Positions 37,481-49,123 of a DNA stretch of 64,000 nt are shown here, in pieces (within the stretch, counting starts at the first letter, position 1; each line of letters begins with the position of its first letter). The translations under genes were made by a program, and so were the position numbers. Source of the stretch: Vicugna vicugna (Eukaryota); the NCBI GenBank assembly GCA_013265495.1, contig MU063101.1:3582276-3646275 (forward strand), given 5' to 3'. The notes under the pieces are model-generated. The model was not told the DNA's origin, made no database searches, and saw only the letters and a program-made list of their open reading frames with translations.

Positions 37481-38429
37481 TAACCTCAACAACATTTCTG
37501 GACCATTCTGAGACCTCTGCCTAAGACAAGGAGGCGGACAGTGTGTGATGACTGTGACCATCATATGACCATGGACCCATGGTTTTCATAACAGTTTTGC
37601 AAAGTAGCCTAAGGAGGGGGGGTCACCTGGTACCCATTTCTGGGATGTGGAAAGTGAGGCTTAGAGAAGTCAATTCATTCTTCCAAGGGGTCGCCACCTG
37701 CAAAAAACAGGTACTCAGAGTCCAAAGTTTGCTCCTTTAGACAGTCTGCCCTGTCATGGATGAACACATGGCCAGACACTTGTTTCTAAGTCCTCTTAAA
37801 ATCCCAAGCCAGAGGTCCCACCGGAGGGGAAGCTGCTTCCAATCAGATAAAAGAGTTGGCTCCCAGGCACCCTGAGAGGAGAGGGCAGAGTCTGCAGACA
37901 AGGCCTGGCTCTTATCTGGTAAGAGATTCGGGCAACGTTTACATATTAATTTCCCTTAAGCCACCAGGGCTCGGTTGTGCAATTATCTTTGCCCAGGACT
38001 AGTTACATGGGTCATTGAGTCAGTGCCCGAGATGGAGAAAACTTTTCTCTTTGAACATGCTTTGGGTTAAGGAAGGGAACAGCAGTCTGGGAGGCAGGGT
38101 GGTATTTATAGAGAGAGGTTAGCCCTGGAGAGTGGAGTTTCAGTCCCAGCGCAGCAAACTCAAGAGCTCATGTGCCTAACTTCTCTGCCACGTGTGTGCG
38201 ATTTCTTTAATTTAGGGGAAAAAAAAACCCCAACAAAAACAAAGGAATTTTTGGCATGCGATTTAAGCTGGAGAGTTGACTGAATGGAGCAGACTGTCTT
38301 GTTGGCCTCCCACATAAAACAGGTCTGCTTTCAGGCACTGTGTGATATTTCTGTTCCACGCAGCAGCTTCCAAAGGTGCCTTATTCCTCCTTCTGGAATC
38401 TAGAACAGCGTCCAAGTCCTGGAGCTAAG

Positions 38430-38632
38430 TTAGTGCTTCTCAAATTATTGACCTTTAATCAACAGCATCGAATCACCAGGGCTGGATCCCCACGAGAGGG
38501 CAGCCTCTGTTTAAAATACAGATTCCCATGCTCTGCCCCGAAGATGGCCGGAGTTGGTGGGCGTGGCCTGGGAATCTGAATTTCACGTTTTCCCTGAGAT
38601 GCTTATACACCATGACAGTCGAGGACCATGGG
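38430..38632. mobile_element. MER5-family MITE
   Basis: AGTGCTTCTCAAA terminal inverted repeat, CAGCATCGAATCACC, TTTAAAATACAGATTCC, GGCCTGGGAATCTGAATTT and GAGGACCATG. Confidence 0.8.
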
Positions 38633-39705
38633 GAAGGAGGGCCAACTGACACTTACAAGTGTTCAGGTCCAGACAAGTCTGTGCAGAGACTGCTTTTTGC
38701 ACACCCTTCAGTGGGCCCCACCACACTCGCAGGAAGACAGCCAGTGGACTCGTGGACACAGCCACACTGGGGAATGGGGTGGTCATCTGCTGGTTTGCTC
38801 AAAATTCCCTACCCTTCCATTCCTCCTTTGCTCTGTGTAGCAGGGAACTGACCACTGAAAATGACATTTCCCCACCCCTCAATTGCCAAATGGCTTCCTG
38901 ATAGACTTAGACAAAGGCAGGTGCTGGCAGGAAACTAGGGAGCATGAGCAGACGGGAGAAGCCAGAGGATTTCCACCCGCCCTCAGGTGCCCCATCACTC
39001 GCCGTGTCCAGTCCCGATTGTACAGCCTGCTCTCTGTGGTCCAGCTCCCCTCTGCCGAGTGGCTCAAGATGCTCTGTGAGTGGCAGTGGTTTCCTGTATC
39101 TGCTGATCTCTAGGCAGCCTTACTTTTCCCCTTTTCCTTTACAGATTCCTAACGCTTCTGGAATTAATTTCTCATACTTGATTTCCTCCTCTGAACCTTC
39201 CTGGGGCTGAGTTCTGTTTTTCTGACTGTCTGCTGAACGACGTAGGAACTGACTCAACACAAGTCCCATCATACAAGTAATTAGCTGAGAGCCACCAGTG
39301 ACTGTGTGACTCTGGTCGGCCAGGCAAGATGCTAAAGCTTTGCATACATCACTGACTCACTCAAAAGCATTTACGGAACACCTATTGGATCCTAGGCACT
39401 GGGCTAGCTGTTGGGGACACAATGGAGGCAACAGGTGGCCCCAGCCCTCACGGGCCCCCCTCCATGGGGAAAGCCCACCTTGCACAGAAAATTGCAGATG
39501 GATGCCCGTCACTGCAGGAAAGTGCACGGGGCTGCGGAGGTACCACACAGGGCCAGCTCTCTTCAGCACGTGGCACCATCCTACGTTCAAACAGATGTGG
39601 AAAGTGAGGCCGAGAAAGGAAAAGATGACAAGGTGTACGATTCCTCAGAGCGGTCGCATCTCTTAAAGTACTGGGATGATGTTTTGCAAGCAGAAACTAC
39701 AGATA

Positions 39706-40154
39706 GGACTGTGGATTGAATTGTAGCCTCCCCAAGAGATATGCTGAAGTCTTCACCCCAGTAGCCTTGAGTGTGGCCTTATTTGGAAATAGGGTTTTTG
39801 AGATGTAATTAGTTAAGGTGAGGTCGTACTGGGTTGGGGGAGCCCTAAATTCAGCGACTGGCGTTCTTAAAAGTAAGGAGACACAGACACACGAGAGAGA
39901 GAGGAGAGAGAGAGGGCCACGTGACAACAGAGGGAGAGCCTGGGGTGATGTAGCTACAAGCCAAGGGATTCAAGACAACCACCGGTGTTGGAAGAGGCGG
40001 GAGGGAGCCTCCCCGGAGCCTTCTGAGGGAGCGTGGTCCTGCCCACACCTTGATTTCCGACTTCTGGCTTCCAGAGCCGGAAGAGAATAATTTTCTGTTG
40101 TTTGAAGCCACCCAGTTTTGAGGTCCTTTGTTGCGACAGTTCTAGGAAACTAAC
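39706..40154 (+). mobile_element. MLT1C/B-like MaLR solo LTR, near full length
   Basis: TGTGGATTGAATTGT start, CCTTATTTGGAAATAGGGT, CACCTTGATTTCCGACTTCTGGCTTCCAGA and a CTAGGAAACTAACA end. Confidence 0.9.
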
Positions 40155-40607
40155 AGCTGGGAAGGAGCGAGCACGGAAGCCTGTGCTGACGACCATCGCC
40201 CGCGGGGGTGCCCCGGTCTGATGCCGGGTCTTTCCAGTCGGACCCCAATCACCAGGGCCACCCAGACACGGATTCCACAGAAGGAGAGTGGATTCAGGGG
40301 CCTCGCCCACACAGACTCCCTTGGGACACACTGCACTGTATTTTAGACGCCCAGAAAAAGAGTGAAGGGAGCGGCACTGGATTATGGTGTTTATAATATG
40401 CCTACTCTGTGATACTCACTTCCTATACAATAACTTTATTTTGGCTATAATTTGGAATATCCCCCCCCCTTTTTTTTCCTTACAAGAAACTTGAAGGTAT
40501 ATGTGATGATTGCCATTTGTCACTGGAGCCATACGGGACTCACCGGTGTCACAGAGCCGGGGGTTGGCTTATAATGCCTGACTTCACTACCTTCGACCTT
40601 CTCTTGT

Positions 40608-40641
40608 TTTTTCAACTTTATTTATTTATTTATTTATTTAT

Positions 40642-40672
<31 letters not shown>

Positions 40673-40817
40673 TTAAACTTTTTTGGTTGTTGCTTTTGGG
40701 TGTAGTGGGTGAGGGGAATTGGGTTGGTTTGTTTGTTTTAATGGAGGCACTGGGGATTGAACCCAGGACCTCGTGCGTGCTCAGCACGTGCTCCCCCACT
40801 GAGCTGCGCCCTCCCCC
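40608..40817 (-). mobile_element. tRNA-derived SINE, camelid vic-1 type, with an A-rich/(AACT)n tail
   Basis: Reverse complement GGGGGAGGGCGCAGCTCAGTGG ... GAGGTCCTGGGTTCAATCCCCAGTGCCTCCATT carries Pol III A and B boxes. The tail holds (TTTA)n and (TTAG)n. Confidence 0.85.
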
Positions 40818-43814
40818 TACAACCTGCGCTCTTTGCACCCTGGCCTGCTGCTCCCGGCAGTCTGGCTACCAGGGCCCAGTTGCCAGCTCCTCCCTCCTGA
40901 CCCTCGCTCTAGCCTCACTTGGTGTTCACCGAGCAGAAACTACGCAGCACATCTGAGAAGGAAAAACCAACTTTATCAGCGTTCCCCGTTATTGGCTCTA
41001 AGACATTAGAACCACACCAGATTATGCTATCTCCCTGGCTTCTCAGTGCAGAGACAGAGACAGAGACAGAGGAAGACAGGGAGTGCTGGAGGAGAGGCGG
41101 GTTTTGTCTGTATCTGAGAATGTGATCGGGCAATTTCAGTCTCGTGACCTCCGCAGCTGGCAGGTCAGCCTGGATGGGGCCCAGTGGGGAGATTCTCCCC
41201 ACATATTTCCTGTAATAAGGTAAGATATGGCGATTGTGCAAGTGGCCTCTGGGGTAATTGAGATTCCATCGCAATCTGCCCGGGGATCTACAGAACCTTC
41301 TGCATGAGCGTTCCTGGGTAATTCTGCAGGGACTTGAATTCAGGGACAGCAACATCTCAGCTCCTTTGGAGATAACATCAGGGCCATTCCATGAACGCCA
41401 AGAGCTCCTGAGTCACGAATTCATTCTCCTAACCTGTTCTTGCCATCCTCCCCTTAAACTCTTGTAAGCGCCTCCCTTTTCTGTAGGAGGAGGACAGGAT
41501 GGGGGAACGGTGACAATCACCATCTGTCTCTAAGAGATGGTTTCTTTCACATCAGTGGGGCTTGCTTGTTATTCCTTTACTGTAGGAGATGCTCTTCACT
41601 GAATTTGGTCAAGAGTGAGCATGTGCGACCTTGGTGGCCACTTTCTCCACGTGAAAAAGCCAGGGGCTTGGGAGTCCTTTCTATGGATAAAACCTGAAGC
41701 TGTCTGGGCATCAGTTGTCACCGTAGTGCAATCTCTGGGAATATTTAGGTAGGTGCAAAACTATCAAGAAGTCATGTCTTCTTTGGTCCCTGGTTCAATG
41801 CTTTTTGGTAAATATTCTGTCCAGCTGGCAGAGGAAATGAGCCTCAGAGAGTAGGGAACTCACTTCGTATCAGACCAGATAGTGCTGGAAGCAGGAATCA
41901 ACACAGTTCATCTGGCACAGAGTCTACATGGGTGCCCGGGGGCCGGCTCTCCACCCAGTACAGAGCAGCCCCAACCTAGTCAGGGACTAACCCACATCCA
42001 GGCGACAGCAACCCAGCCTCAGTCCAGCTGCGATTTAAAAACCAGCCGAAGCATTCAGCTGGGCTGAGATGCAACCAGAGATGAACAAACCCAGTTTCTC
42101 CCTTTGCCCTCAGTTTCCACGGTTCTGCAGAGACCCGGGTGGTACCCACCCCTTGAAAGGAGGCTGCTTCCCACTGCAGCGAATTAAAAGAATAAGGTTA
42201 CGAATGATGTTGTCAGCCCATGCGGCAAAAGTAATTCTCCCTGAATATACTTTTTTTGGGGTGAAAGCAGGGTCTTTAGGAATAAGAAAAACAATCAACA
42301 GGCTTGATATTCGAAGCTACTCAGGCCTTACAGAGCATCAGCCCACACTCCATGCTGAGCTTCCAGCCAAAGCCTTTGGAAGCGATTTACACACGAGGGG
42401 ATCAAGTTAACACAAATGGTTCTAAGACATATTCCTGTTCTGGGAAGACATCAGAAAGCGGGGTTTCACACCGGGGAGGGGCTGTGGAGACCATTTATTG
42501 GGTGCTCCGTTTGTGTTAGGGATTGTTCTCTGTGCTCAATGGCACCCTTTTTCCTCTTTAAATTCTCCCAACAAAACCGCAGGGTAGCAGCTGATGGTTG
42601 GGGAACTACCCCCACCGGTTGCCCGCACCAACCTCCACCTCTTCACTGATCCAGCGCCTCCACTGGCTATGTAAGCTCTCCAAGTGGGCAGACGGCAGCT
42701 GTGAAATGGCCAAAGAAGCTGATTCGGGCACTAACTTATCTTTCTTAGCCTCATCTGCTCAATGGGACAACAGCAAAACCTTCCTCTTAGCATTACTGTG
42801 GGATGCGGTAAGTTATTACCTATAAAGTAAGCACCTAGTAAACATAGTTAATTTTAGGAACGTGACCAGGAAGACAAGTGTCCAAGGAGGCAGTGAAAAC
42901 TGAAAAGTGCTATGCAGGTTTAAGGGAATAATCGATTTAAAATCAGCTCCGGAAACAAGAGATTTCCGCAGCTTCGCAGTCACAGCACATTTGCTCTGGG
43001 TTTCAAAGAATCATGGTTTTTTTCCTCCCCCCCTAACATCCCATGCTGTTTAAGTCTTTTGACTGCATTAAGGCCTTGATCTTGTGTCTCACCTGCCCCC
43101 AGGGTCAAAGGAAGCAGAAGCCTCAGGGTTCAGGGATGGCCCTGCCCTGCAAACAGCGGGGTTACAGGAAATGTGCCGTCTATTTTCTCTCCAGCCCTTC
43201 CTATTGTTTCCCCCTGAAGTTCAAGGCTACTGGGATGGTTCAGTTCGCCCTCCAGTGTTTTTCTGAGTTTGCAATTCCTCTGCTGTCTGTGCCCGGCTGA
43301 ATGCACGCTCCTCTCTGTGTGGGCTGACAACTTTGCTGTTCGCTCAAAGCAGAAGCCCTCTGCCCAACAGATGCACTCAAGCATCGCCGCTGCAACGGCC
43401 GGGGCCCGGCACCGGGCGCGCTGGCTTCACTGCAGCCTGGGGCTGTCCTCTGTTTCTAGCAGAGGGCTCGGCTTTATTTTTCCCTTAAAAAATTTTTTTT
43501 TCTCTTTTTAAAAATAATTTTTTAATTTTTTGAAAGTTATTTTGTTGGGTTCTTCCTTTTTAAATGCCCACTTCTTTCTCCGGGATAATATTGTGGGATG
43601 CGGTCTGGATCCCGTTAAAGTTCGTGTCATGAGGTCCTGCCTCCGTAGATTAGCTCCGGACCATCATAATATTATGGGGTACAAAGGGGATCCACATAAA
43701 ACAGCAGGAAAAACACATTTGAGGGGTTGTTCTTGGCAGTTAGTCTTGAAAGCAACACAAAGTTCCCCATCCAAGGAAAACAGCACCACACGGCAAATCT
43801 TTCACGGAAGAATT

Positions 43815-44100
43815 GCTCGCACAAGCGTTTACTGAATGCCTACTGTGTGCTGGGTGTGATGTGGGGAACATGGCAATGAACAGGGCACTCACTGCCCAGG
43901 CCTTGGGGGTATCACAATTCTGTCAGAAAGACTGTGAACGGGGAGCCACAAGTCACCTGCCCTTGAGAGCTGCACAGACGAATGAAGTGTTCAGAGTTCC
44001 ATCTGTAAATGGGGAAAATAACGTGACCCACCTTGGAGAGTCTGTGAAACTCAAATGCAATGATCCATAGGAGCGCTTGGAAGAGTGCCGGGCTGACTGT
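43815..44100. mobile_element. L2 end (minus) followed by a MIR fragment (plus)
   Basis: CAAGCGTTTACTGAATGCCTACTGTGTGCTGGG, then GTTCCATCTGTAAATGGGGAAAATAA. Confidence 0.65.
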
Positions 44101-46739
44101 GAGCTGTTCGTAAATACCATTACCGCCATTCTTATTATTACAAGAAGTGGTTTCAGTGCTGTAAGGTGAGGTGGGGAGCAGCAAGGCCTAGGGGCCTAAC
44201 TCTGCTGAAGACGGGGGGAGGGGATGTTGTCAGAGCCGGTGCACACCTCGCCAGGTCCTGCTGGCTTCGGGGGCCTTTAGGGTTCTACACAGACATCACC
44301 CTGCAAGTTACTGCTTCTGTCTGGGTACCAGCAAAGAGGTCCCCAGGGCCAAGGTCCAAAAGCAGATGGTGGGGCCACAGTATGGTAGGCAGAGCCCCTG
44401 AGCCCCCTGCCCATCAAATCAGTTCCAGAGCGGGGGACCCTTCCAGGGCATCCTCGGTGAGGCCGCATGCGGTGCTGGATGGGCCCCCTGGACTACGGGG
44501 CCCCAGACCTGCAGCCCGAGAGCCGCGTCCATCACACACCGTGCTTCCCTGATCACTGCTGGGGGGAACTAACTTCAGGAGGAAGAGCAAATATTTGCCT
44601 TTTTCTCCCCTTTCCGCCTCCCCTCCCCTGTCATTTTATACAGTCCTGTTTAGACTGGATGCTGGTTAATGGGCGACCTTTGCCCTTTGGCTAAAAGCTG
44701 TGACCAGGAAATCCACCTCCCATTAATGAGGGTTTTGTTCAGGATCCGGGGAGCGCCTAGCACACAGCTTCTGCTCTGCAAATGCATTGTCCCCCTGGCT
44801 TAGAAAAAAGAAAACGGAAAAGAAAAACAAACAAAGAAAATGAAAAAACCGTCCCCTGTTGAATTAAAACAGCAAACTCCAGGCCCAAAGCGGGTCTCAG
44901 CCTCTATTAAGACAACAAAAGGTCCCAAATGCCAGGCCAGGGCTACAAAGAGTGGAGGGAAGCTGGTGGGGAGGATGGGTCAAGGAAGAGAGGGAAATAG
45001 GGCAATTAACTGTTCTTAGAATTATCTCCGCTGGGTCTGCTCCCAGCCCCCCACAAGCTGTGATGCCCTGTGCATTTCAGATTTCACCCGCCATCCGACC
45101 AGGTGTCCTGCGCAGAGACAGGGTGTCCCCAAGGCGACTTGACCTTGCTCCTTCTAAGGCAGTGAGTGCTTCTCGCTTCCTGGCTCTATGTGGACGCCAG
45201 AGCGTCCACATCACAGGGTCTAAGTTACTTCTTCCTTTTCTCCTCCCTCCTTTGCTGATGCCACTTTTCAAAGGCTTTATCCTTTTGTTTTATGCGAAAC
45301 TACACTGGCTCAGAGCCACCTCTTTCACCCAAAGAATTCTAACGCCTGAGAACCAGGATTCTCTGTCCCGTTGTCTACCTGGCTTGAATCATCCATCTCT
45401 CGGAACTTCTGAGTGACCGTCAGCAATTGCTGAGGGCAGGGAGGGTGCCTAACGTACCTTCCAATCCTGCGCCTTCTCCCCCGAGCACCCAGGACAGAGC
45501 GTGGCATGAAAGATACGCTCCGAAAAGGTGTGCTCATGGAAGGCTCGAATATCCATACATGCTGGTTAGTTCTTGTATCGTATTAGGCATAATAGCTAGT
45601 GATTCTTCCTGAGCCAGTTGGGTGTGTGGACTAGAAATTTAAAAACAGGCAACAGTGATTGAGTTAACTCTTGAAGTGCCTTCCCTCTTCTCAAGATTAT
45701 CCTAGGATTTCTGCACATTCCTAAAAAAAAAAAATTCTTTTTCCTTTTTTTTTTGGAGCAGGCACAGATATGAGTGATGTTTTATGTTTGGTTTTTTGTT
45801 TATTTCTTTTTAAGAGATTATTTCAGAACTCTCTTGAATTATACTTAAAGAAAAACAATCTTAACTGCAGCTACAGGGTCTACTGCAAGCTTTGATAAAA
45901 TGCTTGTATGTGGGTTTGTTTCTGAGCACACATGGACAGGAGAGGAAAGACAAAGAAAGCAGAGGTGAGGATTGGGGAGTGGGAGGGGAGAAGGGGGCAG
46001 AGAGCAGGGAGGTACTCTCTCATAAGGCAGGTCCCCTGAGATTAAAAAAAAAAAAAGGCTAAGGCTTGGCTACAGGAGAACGGAGGACTGGCCCCGTAGG
46101 TGCCTGATATGATAGGACCCTGTTTTTCCATCTTCAAAGGGGAGACGCACACTTCTCAGGAGGATGGAGAAGCGGGGCACACTGGGGTTTGCATACCCGC
46201 TGGTCCGGGGACCAGCCAGACTTGGGGGAAGTGACTTCTCTCCCAGCCTCTCTCTCTCCCCCTGCAGAACAAGGACACTCACATCCACTGCAAGCCGGTT
46301 TTGACGACTGCAGGTAACCCTCGATGGCATGACCCTGGAGCTCCATTTCATAACTATTGTTATGAGGTTTAAGGAAGCACATTTTTTTCCTGTTTGAGAA
46401 CTTTCCCTGTTATGTGACAGAACTGGAGGAGGACAAGGAGGGACCGTCCTGTGCCTGCCTCATGGGAGGGGCCATAGGAATGAAGCTCCATCGTGGCATT
46501 TTTATATCTATTTACAGAGTTGTGCATCTATTTCACCTTGATACATATATGTAGAAGTCTATTTATACATCCAGTGTATATGCATTTTATTACATATTAT
46601 GTATGTGTGTATATAACATGCTCACAGATAACACCTTCTATTATGTATTTTATTATATATACTATATATATGCACACATATGAAACACATAATAAAATGC
46701 ATATAGTTTTGGACACACACACGTGCACACACCTCCTGG

Positions 46740-46985
46740 CTATCACCGAGCACTTGCTGTGTTCTGGGTAAGGAGGCCTGACATGGGCTTTGAACACTTA
46801 ATCATCTTTCAGCCCCATAATAATCCTGTGAGGTGGGAAATACACTCTTTTCCCCATGTTGTGGATGAGAAAACTGGCTCAGAGAAGTGAGGTCACTTCC
46901 CCATGGTCCCACCGCCTTTTAGGGACGAAGTTGAGAACTGAGCCACAGTTTGTCTGATGCCAAAACCTAGCACTTCTCACCACTA
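46740..46985 (-). mobile_element. MIR, near full length
   Basis: CGAGCACTTGCTGTGTTCTGGG ... ATAATCCTGTGAGGTGGG ... CCCATGTTGTGGATGAGAAAACTGGCTCAGAGAAGTGAGGTCACTT. Confidence 0.85.
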
Positions 46986-48943
46986 AGGCTCCTGGCCTCT
47001 CAGAGAAGCGATGAGGCTGAGAGCAGACACGGGGTGGCTGGACTTCTCCCATGGGGGCCCGTCTCTCACCTGCAACCCTTACACCCCCGCCGGGCGTGCC
47101 CTCCTGCACCTGGGTACCGCGGGGCGACGCCAAGCGGGGTCTGTGCTCCCACCTCTGATACCAGCGCCAGGCAACGGGGAGACCACCACTTCGAATGAGT
47201 CTGAACTCCATTCTGGAGGAGCCTTGGCAGCCGGGCAATGAGTCGGAGACCCAAAGATACCGAATTGCGTGCTGGCTGACTTTAAATCAGGCCATTTGGT
47301 CTCTAATTTCTAGTTAGGAATGGCCCCTTGGACTGTCTTCCTCCTGGAGAAAGCTTTTAATTAACCCACCGACCACAGGCTACTAAAAGTGGCTGATGTG
47401 AAGACGACTCTCTTTTCTGTCACTGCATAGTAAGACCTCGTGCCAGTATCAGATCGATCGATAGTGTCATCGCCTTCATCAGATGGAGCGTCCTGATATC
47501 AAGCCACCGGGTCTCTGGCTGCACCACCGTCTCGCTTCTTCCAGACACCTCCCTTTCGAAAATGACCCGTGTTTGTTATATTTTGCAGAAACTTTGGTAA
47601 TGAATGTGGCTTCTATGTTTTCAGCTGTAAACAGCAGAAATCCCCCTCCAGGCGCTCTACTAGACCTTTTATCCGTACTCAGGAAAAAGAATTGATTGAT
47701 TTTGAAGTTAAATGTTGGCATCTGCTGTTATTCAAAACCAGGACCTTGGCTGCGGTAATCCACCGTGCTTTCCGCGCTGCCACCAGTGAGCGGCAAATGA
47801 AGACAAGCTGTTGTCAGATGAGAAATGCAAAATAGTCAATCTGTTTGTCTGTTTAATGTAACCGGGAACATAAGCTGCTAAAAGTGGGACCATTCGGCAC
47901 TGTCAGATGGGAGACACTCTCCAACAAACAAAAACCTAATGACCCATTTTACTCGGCGCTCCGGAGTTGCTCCTAATGGTATTTTCCATATGCACTCGAA
48001 CATGCTTTTATCTGAAACTGCAAATGGTACGATTTTCCATCCAACACAAGCGTGTAATCTGTGTACGTGGGGGGAGGGGAGAGGGAGGGGTGGTGGTGGG
48101 AGGTACCCCCCCCACACCCCGGCACCACGGAGGAAGGCTGATGTTCTAGACATCTTAAAGCGGGCAGCATATTGCAGAAGCATCTGACTCTCATCTTCCC
48201 TTTACACCTGTCATTGTACAGTATTAAAGGGAAAAAATCAAGTCATTAACCATGATAGATATGTTTTTAATAAGTAACTGTTGTGCCTCACCAGGCGGAT
48301 AAATGGCGGGGCTTAAGATAGCTTCAGGGCCCAGTGTGGGATTACAGCGGGAGTTAAAGGCACTGCCTGTGTCTTCAAAGGGTGTGCAATTTGGGAAGCA
48401 CAGGGCTCTCAACATTACCCAGGCTGCAACTCTTCAAGGATGCTCCCCGCTGGGGCTGGACTCCAACTTGCCTTTTACTTTGGGAGCTGTCTCTCACTAT
48501 TTGATTCTCAGGACTTTCAGTGCCTGGAGGAATGTCTGCCCCAAAGGATGTTATCCAAACCTAACGCCTACCAATGCCTTTAAAAATGCATCTCTCACAG
48601 GCATGGCAAATCATGATGCCTACTGATTCATGGGGAATGCTGGGAGCACTGTGTTGAGAAGGATTCTGAGGCACATCCAAATAAAAGAATATGAGAATTG
48701 GTGATTAGACCCTGATGTTGTCTCCTGCCACAAGCAGTGTTTATTAAAAACACAAAATCAGGTTAGGACAATCAGAACAATTCTTCACATTTGGGATCCA
48801 ACAGAGATTCCTATATTGGTATCAGAAAGTCAAATCTACTTGAGTCATGACACAATGTGGGAAAGAAAAAAAAAAGAGGCCAAGGGGACTGATGTATACC
48901 GCTCAAAAGACTTCTTGCAAAAGAATATGTCTGGCCTCAAACA

Positions 48944-49123
48944 NNNNNNNNNNNNNNNNNNNNNNNNNNNNNNNNNNNNNNNNNNNNNNNNNNNNNNNNN
49001 NNNNNNNNNNNNNNNNNNNNNNNNNNNNNNNNNNNNNNNNNNNNNNNNNNNNNNNNNNNNNNNNNNNNNNNNNNNNNNNNNNNNNNNNNNNNNNNNNNNN
49101 NNNNNNNNNNNNNNNNNNNNNNN
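48944..49123. other. Assembly gap (180 N)
   Basis: Run of N. Confidence 1.

Noticed and set aside
46490-46720. Abrupt AT-rich island
   Set aside because: Low-complexity (TA/CA)-rich decay, probably an old repeat remnant. No structure or origin can be supported from the sequence.
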